In this document: positions 53,923 through 64,000 of the stretch, piece by piece
How positions within the stretch are numbered: the first letter of the stretch is position 1
Layout of the letters: the number at the start of each line of letters is the position of its first letter
NCBI RefSeq assembly: GCF_009914755.1
Contig: NC_060941.1
Direction: 5' to 3' (one strand)
Length of the DNA stretch: 64,000 bases
From: the human T2T-CHM13v2.0 reference genome, Homo sapiens
Notes under the pieces: generated by a model
Seen by the model: only the letters and a program-made list of their open reading frames with translations
The model's database searches: none
Told to the model about the DNA's origin: nothing
Program-made: the position numbers and the translations under genes

Positions 53923-55419
53923 TTTTTAAAAAGTGCAAGGTAAAGCTTTTCTTCATCAAGGGTCTTGGGTTTTCCGGATTTTTGTTCCCAGGCAACCCAA
54001 ATATCTGTGGTTGAATTCATCTCTTTACAGACAAACACCTTCTATTGTAACTTAAATTTTTCAAACCAATTGTCATGTGCATGAGATACTCATGGTTTTA
54101 AATAACTCAGATGGATTGAGGCTCTCTCTCTCTCCTCTCTGGAGGATTAAACCTATCAGTCCATAAATCTTCAGTATTTTAGTATGAAGACAAAAGCACT
54201 TTCTCTGACTGGTTTAAGGATCTCCACAGAGATCAGGAGTGGAGAGATCTGTATTCTCAGGCATAAACGTGAGATTTGATTGGCAGGGTGATTGACAGAC
54301 TGGCATCTTCGATCCTCATCGGAGCCATAAAAGTGTCCTCAAAGTTTTTACCAAAAACTTAATGCAGTGGCATCTGTGACAAAAATGTAAGTACCGTTTC
54401 CACATTAAAATTTCACAATTTAGAATTTAGACTGCATTAAATTTTGCCTAGATGGAAGGACATCTAAAAACAAAACATATTTTTCATCTTTTCAAGGGAA
54501 TGTACTTAAGTAGGTACAAAGAACTTTGTGGCCAGATGGAAGTTTGTTTAATAAACCAAAAATTTGCTCTTAAAACCAAGTTCCTTTTTTTAGTGGATTT
54601 TAAATAAATTACTGAACAAACAAATATTTACTTTTAGCCAATTGCTACAGTAGGAGAGAGAAATAATAGGTTTTCTTAGTAATAATTCTTGGATTTTCAT
54701 GTATACACTTAGATCTCCACTGCTTCATTTCAAACTCAGGAAAAATATCTATGATTATTGATATAAACTAGTTTCCCTGGAGTTTTAAAAATATTTTCTT
54801 TCAAATTATTTTTCATATCCAAATTTAGAGAGCAAATGATCCAATCCTTCCTTTTGATGGCAAAGAAGAAACATACAGCATAAAGGAATGTTAAGTTAGG
54901 CATGCTCAGATTCAAATTGGTTTTCTGAATGAGAGTAAATGATAATTATTACTAATCATAATAATATTTAGATAAAGAAAATATTGTAGCTTTAATGTTT
55001 TAACAATGTTGTGTTTTTGGGGGTTAGAATAACAGTATTCCTTATGGATGTAAACTAATTTTTTAGATCCCATAGATAGTTGAATTTTAAAAAAACTAGA
55101 GGAAATTGTCAACGTATCTTTCAGTTTCTGCTTTAAATGTGTCTGAATATTTTTTTCATTTATGATTTTCTTATGACCATTGTCACAGCAACAGATACAA
55201 AGTGAGACATTCACTGAAATGGCAACTCATAGTATTCATCTTTATGTCATGCCTCTAAGTATTGAAATTTTATAATGAGAAGTAACCAGGGATGATTCGT
55301 TAGTTCATCTGTTTGCCTGTCTATCTATAATACATCATCTATTTATTTTTAGGAGTGACATTTTTAACAGATAACTTAAATAGATGTGATTTAACTAAGC
55401 CATTAAAAACCAGTTGATT

Positions 55420-55770
55420 GTGGGAGTTATTGTTCAATGGGTGTAAAGATTCAATTATGCAAGATGAGTAAATTCTAGAAATCTGCTGTGCAACATGGTG
55501 CCACGGTTAACAATACTGTATTGTGCACGTAAAAAATGTTTGTTAAAGCGAGGAATCTCAGGTTAGGTCTTCTTACACACACACACACACACACAGCAAC
55601 AAAATCCCAAAGGGGCACAAGGAAACTAACTTTTGGAGGTGACAGATGTTTATCTTGATTTTGGTAGTGGTTTCACAGGTGTATCCATGTCCAAACTAAT
55701 CAAATTGTACGCATTAAATACATATGGTTTTCTATATACCAGCTATACCTCAATGAAGCTGCCAAAATAA
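55420..55770 (+). mobile_element. L1MB/L1MA9-10-class 3' end
   Basis: GCAAGATGAGTAAATTCTAGAAATCTGCTGTGCAAC...ATACCTCAATGAAGCTG. Confidence 0.75.
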
Positions 55771-55979
55771 CAATGACAAGAAAAAGTAGTTAATTATGGA
55801 CTACAAAATTAAGGAATCCACCCCATATGGTGCATACCACTGGGGAAGATTGGTCTAAAAGAGGCCACTCTGTCATATAGTCAATCGTTAAGTGAAAAGA
55901 GGGTAAGAAATTTTTCTATAATAATTCATCTTTTATTTTTGTTTGTTTGCTTTTGTTAACTGACTAAATTATATCTGAA

Positions 55980-56540
55980 GATAATCTCTTATTCTTCCAT
56001 CCCTTAAGCACCCACTGATACCCTCCCATACCACTTAGAATGAAATCTGAATTTCTTACATTGATTTTGAAAGTTCTCTGTAATCTGGCCTCTTTCATAT
56101 GACAAGTCCCTACTCTGCCATCCTTTCCATGTTGGCTTTTTGCTCCTTACACTCTTGAACTCTGACTGCTTCTAAAGTACCCAGCACTGGCCTCTCCCAC
56201 TATCTGAAATAGCCTTACAACTGATGGTCCAGGACTCCACGTAGCCAACCAGGGGTCTGCTTAAGTATCACTATATCCCAATGGCCTCTGCTGGCCCTCA
56301 AATCCACAGTAGATATTGTTGCCTTTCTGTGACAATCCTGACTATTCTGTACCTCTCTACAAAGTACCTATCATCATCTAAAATCTTTCTTTTTTATTCT
56401 TTCCTTAGTCATTTAAAAAATGTTGTCATTTACTGTTCTCTCTCCTGAATAGATTATAAGATGCATAAGATCAGGGACCTTGTCTGTCTCATCCTCTAGC
56501 TTCTCATTTCCAGGGATGTTGAAGCCACCTAGATATATGT
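55980..56540 (+). mobile_element. L2 3' fragment
   Basis: TAGATTATAAGATGCATAAGATCAGGGACCTTGTCTGTCT. Confidence 0.55.
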
Positions 56541-59500
56541 CAGGGAAAGGCAAAGTTGATTATAGACGGGCCACAAATGCTGAGTCTGAGGCCCATTTTC
56601 TAAGCCCATCCTCTACACAAATATCAGTCACAGGTGCTCAGTGCTAGCTAACACATGGGAGCAGTTGTATCCTGGAGACCTATATACGATTACAATCTCC
56701 TCTTTCATGGATAAGCAGCAAGACATACTATCAACTTGGTTTGGTAACTGTCATGAAATTATTAACTATTGTGTCTTAACTCATCTATAAAGAGGCATAG
56801 GTTAAGTATTTTGGAGGTCAGCAAAGCAACAATCTCCCGTGCATTCAGGTCCTCTGATTTTTTTTCTCACATACCTACAATGTGCTGATAAATAACAGGG
56901 TTCAAAACTGGACAGCAAGTAGATTCAAACAGGTATTTCCTGCATCTCTAGGAAAACAAAACTGAGTGCATTTGTTTTGTATGACAAGTATACTACCAAT
57001 AAGAAAACTTGCTTCTATTATGTGCTTGAATAAACTAAACTGAAAAAAGTAATTTAATGCACACATATTTATGATTATGTAAATAATGTTGAAAAAGGTA
57101 TTATTTATGTTAATTTACAAAAATAATCATATTCATTGCAAAACATTATACAATATAGAAGCATTGTATTCTCCAGGTTTAAATGTTTGAGTATATAAGC
57201 CAAACTGAATGTAAATCATTGAACTTTAGAGAGTTACTATGAGAGTGAGAGAGAGTGTAGTTTTACTGGCTAGCCATTTATTCATATTGTTGAATGCCAT
57301 GTAAGGACTCACTTTTTCACTTGCTCCCCAAACTCCCTTCTGCTCTGAGATTTAACCAGTCTGTTCTTTAAATATCTAAGTAACTGTGTGGTTATTATGT
57401 TTTTCCCTAAGAAATCTTACTTTAAAAAAAGATATTACTACCTAAAACTGGAAAAAAAAATCCTTTCACAAATTAAAGGTATGAGCTAGCAAATCATCAG
57501 CAGAGAGAAGTTTATAAGAATCAACAGAAATGGAATATTCAGAGTTAAGTTTTCAGAGGTGAGGAGCAGGGACCTTGGAAAAGTCAAAAACATTGAGCTT
57601 TTCTAGGAAGGGTGAGCTCAGCTGGAAATCCAGAATTTGGGTACATAGTAGAAAGGCTAAAGAGAAGGAATAGGAGTTTCTCAGTACAAGCAAATCAGGC
57701 ACATTAGAGGTAAACCTTGTCTTTTGCACGATTTTGCCATTGCTAACTGCCAGAAACGCAAGAGAAGAAAAGTGAAGTTGATGAAATTTTTGGAACAACC
57801 TGGTTCATAGATTTTGAAATAGTGGAGTCATGTGCCACCTTTTAGTCATTCCTGGCTTTTAAGTTTCTGGGCAAAGGTCAATAATCACATGGAAAGTACA
57901 CAAAGTAATAAATGTCTTGAAGGACTGGCCAGTCATGGTGGTCAGTCTTCTATGCAATGTCTGTTACTCGGGGGCCCCACCTGAGCATGGCTCATGAGAA
58001 AATGCTCCTCCCTTCTCAGGGTCCTCACATAGGAGCTGTGTCTGCTGTCTGAGCAGCCCATGGAGTAAAAGGACTTCAGGAGTCCCATGAGTCACAAGAA
58101 TCACTTCTTGCTCCAGAGACAATCTTGGCTGGTTTGACAACTTTAAGAAGTTTGGCAAAATAACTCATGGCCTTCCCTATATCTTGACCTCTCCCTAAAC
58201 TCTCTTCTTCATTAAAAGTGATGTTCTTGCTTAGAACGTATATTCCAAAACAACGTGTGTCAAAAGTCAGTTGTAAGTTTTTTTCCATTTCTTGTCTGTT
58301 GGATTGGTTTGGTTTTAATTAGATATTTGTACTATGAAGTTGAACCCTGAAATGGAGAGTTCCATACAAGATCTCATGGTAAAAAGTTTCATGAGGAGCA
58401 CAAATCCACGATGGCTCTTGACACTTAGACAAGGCCCTGTTTTCTTCTGAAAACCTACATGTATGAAGCTGGGTCCTCTCTGTTCCACAAGATCTACATA
58501 AGATTGGACCCATAGTCAATTTCAAGCCCAAGGAAAGCAAAAGCCCACTGCAGTGTTTTGTCCCTTTAGAACTCATAATTTCATTTTCTTACCCAGGTCC
58601 AACTATGTATAGCCAACACACCAGCCTGGCAAGAAGATAGCGTTGCTGCAATTAACCATTTGTTCCTCTTTATACCTATAGATGCAAAAATTCTGCCATT
58701 TAATAATATTCACACTTCTTAGAAGAAACTCATTGCTCAAATGACAATTTAACTCTTTTATTACACCAATAGTATAAAATGGACAATCTTTCCCAAGATC
58801 ATTTGCATGTCTAAGTGAACGAAAATGTGTCTTTTTTCCTCTTCTGGTCTTCAACAACAGAGGTTTGCTCAATCTTAAAATGAGTGTGTAGGTAAGTACT
58901 TATTTATTTTGAAGGAAGTTTTTGTTTGTTTGTTTATAATCTCATCAGAAATTTCTGCTACTGGGATATTTAAAAATATATACATTTACAATGCTTATAG
59001 TTCTAAAAGTACCTAACATAGTACCTTAGAGATTCAACTGTTAATAAATGGATAGGTGAATCTACTAAAACAAGAACAAAAATATGCCTTAAAGAAACAT
59101 GGCAAACAAACATTTGAATAAATGCCAGTTCTCTTGTGCCAGTTGCAATGGGATGAAACAGGTGGTTAGATGTGGTAATCCTCTAAATTAATTCTCCCAT
59201 TTTCTGTTGAGTGTATTATAGTTTAGATTTTTGTTAGGATTTCTCCCTGTTGTTCCCCAGATTTATTATTATAGTTATGTCTTCCTTGGGCACTCATTCT
59301 CTTACTCCAGAAAACTATGCAGCTGCAAATAAATTGAAATCAGAAGAAAGCCCGGCTTGGCATTCAGAATCGATACACAAAGTAAAAAATCAAGTCAACC
59401 CAGAGATAACTAAGCTCATTGGAGTTGCAGAAACATCAATGCAGTAATACCATGGAAAACACGTGGAATCTGGTAAGATCTCTTCTCCTTGAGGATTCAG

Positions 59501-59959
59501 GATCAAGACTCTGGGCTGTAGCTTTGCCCCCAAAACCCTGAATGGCAGCAGAAAAGGCTGTATTGAAGCAACTTGTGTCTTTCTAAATACGTCTTACAAA
59601 ATAAACCCCGGTTCAGATACTCTGTTTAAATTTGAAAACAATTTTGTCAGGAAATGTAAAGCCCGCGTTACACTTAACAAGAAAGTGTTTATCCAAAGAG
59701 TTAATACAGATGAGTAATCTCACACTCACATGCCAGTTCTCTGGAGGTGGCATTCCTGTAAACAGCCAGACACTTTGAACTTACGGTTGTCACTTTATGT
59801 CATACTCCAACCACTAAAACAGCACACAACTGTGCAGTTCTTCCCTGTTAATCGAAAACATTCCCACCTCGTGGAAAATAACCCTGAAAAAAAAAAAAAA
59901 AAACGAGAAAGAAAAGCATCTTTCTAGAGAAAGTGCTTGTTCATCTCTTGAGTATTGAT

Positions 59960-60150
59960 TAGTCTTTTCACCACTTCACCTTATTTATGCCTCTAGTATA
60001 ACATATTGAATATTTATTCATCTACGTCTGCACTAGACTGGGTGCTCCTCGAAGGCAAGGATCATTGCTTATTAGTTTTTGTCTTAACTCTGAACACAGT
60101 ACTCACTCAGTAAGCACTCAACAAGTGTTTGTTGAGTGAATGAATAAATA
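59960..60150 (+). mobile_element. L2 3' end
   Basis: CACTAGACTGGGTGCTCCTCGAAGGCAAGG...CAGTAAGCACTCAACAAGTGTTTGTTGAGTGAATGAA. Confidence 0.8.
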
Positions 60151-60321
60151 CATTTTTATTGTTTCAATTTATTCACTGTAACAAAGTAACTCTAAGAATA
60201 GTAATTAGTTTTATATTCAAGCACAGCTGTTTTTAAATGTAAGACTTCTCCTTAGTACTTTTATAATTCAGAGCAATTCACATAAACTCTGGTTTTAGAA
60301 TTTTGTTGTTGCTGTTTGTTT

Positions 60322-60494
60322 TGTATGTATGTGTGTGTGTTTGTGTGTGTGTGTATATATATATCTATACATCTATACATATATATCTATACATCTATAC
60401 ATATATATATCTATATATCTATACATATATATCTATATATGTATACATATATATCTATATATGTATACATATATATGTATATTATATATATATA
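60322..60494. repeat. Compound (TG)n/(TA)n-derived microsatellite
   Basis: TGTGTG... followed by ATATATCTATAC-type units. Confidence 0.95.
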
Positions 60495-61110
60495 CTAGAG
60501 CACTCTCCCTTTAAAGTTATTTGATTGCTATAAACATATGGGTATCAGTTATTCAGAGAGCTGTCTCTATTCATCAAATTGCACAGCAAATGTCCATGAA
60601 ATGGCTTGGTAAATGTGGAAATTTTTCACATCCTAAGAAGACAGTGTTAAAAGTCTGGAGTAATTTTTAGCCTAGGCCAAGTGGTTGGGAACATTAGAGT
60701 ACATTGTAGGATTTAATCCTTGCCACAAACATAGAAAAACCCTGTACAGAGTTGAGATTTATTTATTTTTGTGTGGGCTGTGATTTGTCTTTACATTCCA
60801 AGAGATGAATTAAGGCAGGTAATTGATTTTTTTCAGACCTCTCATCAAGCTGGAAGGGAGAAAAGATTAAAAGAAGAGAGACAGTGAGAATATTTAAAGC
60901 TTACATTATCAAGATTTGCTGCTTCTCAATTGCCATGTCCCTGAGGTGTTTTTGTCAGTTGTAAGAAGTGTTGAAAGTAAGCTGTTATGAATAATAATAG
61001 AAATTTGTGAAAGGTTCATAGATACAAATATATAGAACTTATGAAAAATGCTTTATAATCATCTTACTGTAATTTGCTACATTTTTTAGTTTAAATAGGT
61101 ACTCTTTGAA

Positions 61111-62770
<1,660 letters not shown>

Positions 62771-64000
62771 CCCAACACTGAGATGAATCAAAAGGGGGTC
62801 ATTGGTGATTTTTAATTCTTGCTATAAAGAAAAATCTCTCCATTGCCTATCAAATTCACATCTTGGAAGTACTATACATAAAAGTTCTATAATGTGATCC
62901 ATCCTTCCTCTCTAAGCATTAAATAAGTGTACTCTCAAATGTGTGGTGATACTCAGACATGCCTCATGAATTTACTTTTGGTAACTTAAATGTGGTCTCT
63001 CAGGCGTTGCTTTGTTTTTTTATCTGTCTTCTCTTTGTAAGAGAGGAAATTTCTTTTTCCTTGCTCATACTCTGTGTGTAAAGCCAGCCCTATCTTTTCA
63101 GCTCGAACCATTTTTGACCTTAGGCTCTAGAAGTTAAAGGAGGTATAATAAAATAAGCCAGGTATCACCATCAAGTCACCCAAGTTGCCGTTCTGGCTCT
63201 AACTTTGAAAGCTCTACTCTTGTCTTTCTTCCTGGCTGTGTCCCTGGCTTGGTTCCCTGCTTAGTTCTATGTGGTAGCTCTAGATTTCACCTACTCCAGG
63301 AACTGAATCCTTTATCTAGAACTGTCTATCTCTCATTGTCTCTTATTCCTAGAACCTACGTCCTTACTTCTACCTGGCGTTACTGACACCCCATTACTAT
63401 GGGCAAGACTCTTGGTGCCAATTGATATATAGACCAACACCTATTTTCAGTGACCATATCTTTTATGAGCACTGTTTTACTTCCTCAACTGGAATTTCTT
63501 ATCATATCTATAGCTGATATTGTTCCATTAATGTAAGAACAAGGTGAGTTGGCAATTCTAGTTCCATATCACGTTCTTCCCTGACAGCTCTTTGGACATC
63601 AGGTCAACCCCACAGGTGAAGTAGGAAATGGCAGAGGAGACCGTTGCAAACTGAAATAACAGGGCCCAGGGAACAGGTCCCATGTGAGTCCTGGCCTAAG
63701 CTTGAGATGCCCACGCCATAAGACAGTTCTGGACCCAGTCATCTCAGGCTGTTGAAAGGGGAATTAAAAATTTTGAGGCAAGCACTCCAAAGCACAAACC
63801 ATCTTCCCCTCCAACCCCAGACCAGTAAACCCCACTTGCCACCCTGATGTGTTTAATTGGGCCTTGTCTAATTAGATGCTTAGAGAGGGCTGCCCACTTA
63901 TTGAATGCTAACACATGGCATAAGGCACGCAGGGAGGTAGACATGCTTACCCTGGTTGCCAGTGACAGGGTACACACAGAGTAAAGAATGCTTATCATCA

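Noticed and set aside
60303-60524. Y/I-rich overlapping ORFs
   Set aside because: Microsatellite translations

Overview
Primate genomic DNA, most likely human or hominoid (AluY, AluS, AluJ, L1PA and HERV-E LTR2 are present). It is AT-rich, repeat-dense and looks intergenic or intronic. I see no intact protein-coding gene: the ORFs I could interpret are Alu, L1, low-complexity or pseudogene artefacts, and none of the rest resembles a protein I recognise. The main content is a decayed SERBP1 processed pseudogene (~26.63-28.64 kb), a 5S rRNA fragment fused antisense to an L1MA inside one target-site duplication (TSD), about 20 Alus, many solo LTRs (THE1, MSTA, MER50, MER41, MER39-group, MER74-group, LTR2, MER21, MLT, LTR16), L1/L2/MIR fragments and microsatellites. 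I did not find a convincing new biological system. The best leads are fossils of unusual retrotransposition or replication events: the antisense 5S-L1 chimera, an L1 3' transduction, a 23-nt L1 insertion, a template-switch hairpin and an internally inverted MLT2A. There is also a possible CpG-containing promoter with lncRNA exons, and several repeat-free, motif-rich enhancer candidates. Repeat family names come from recalled consensus sequences, so subfamily calls and old-element boundaries are approximate.
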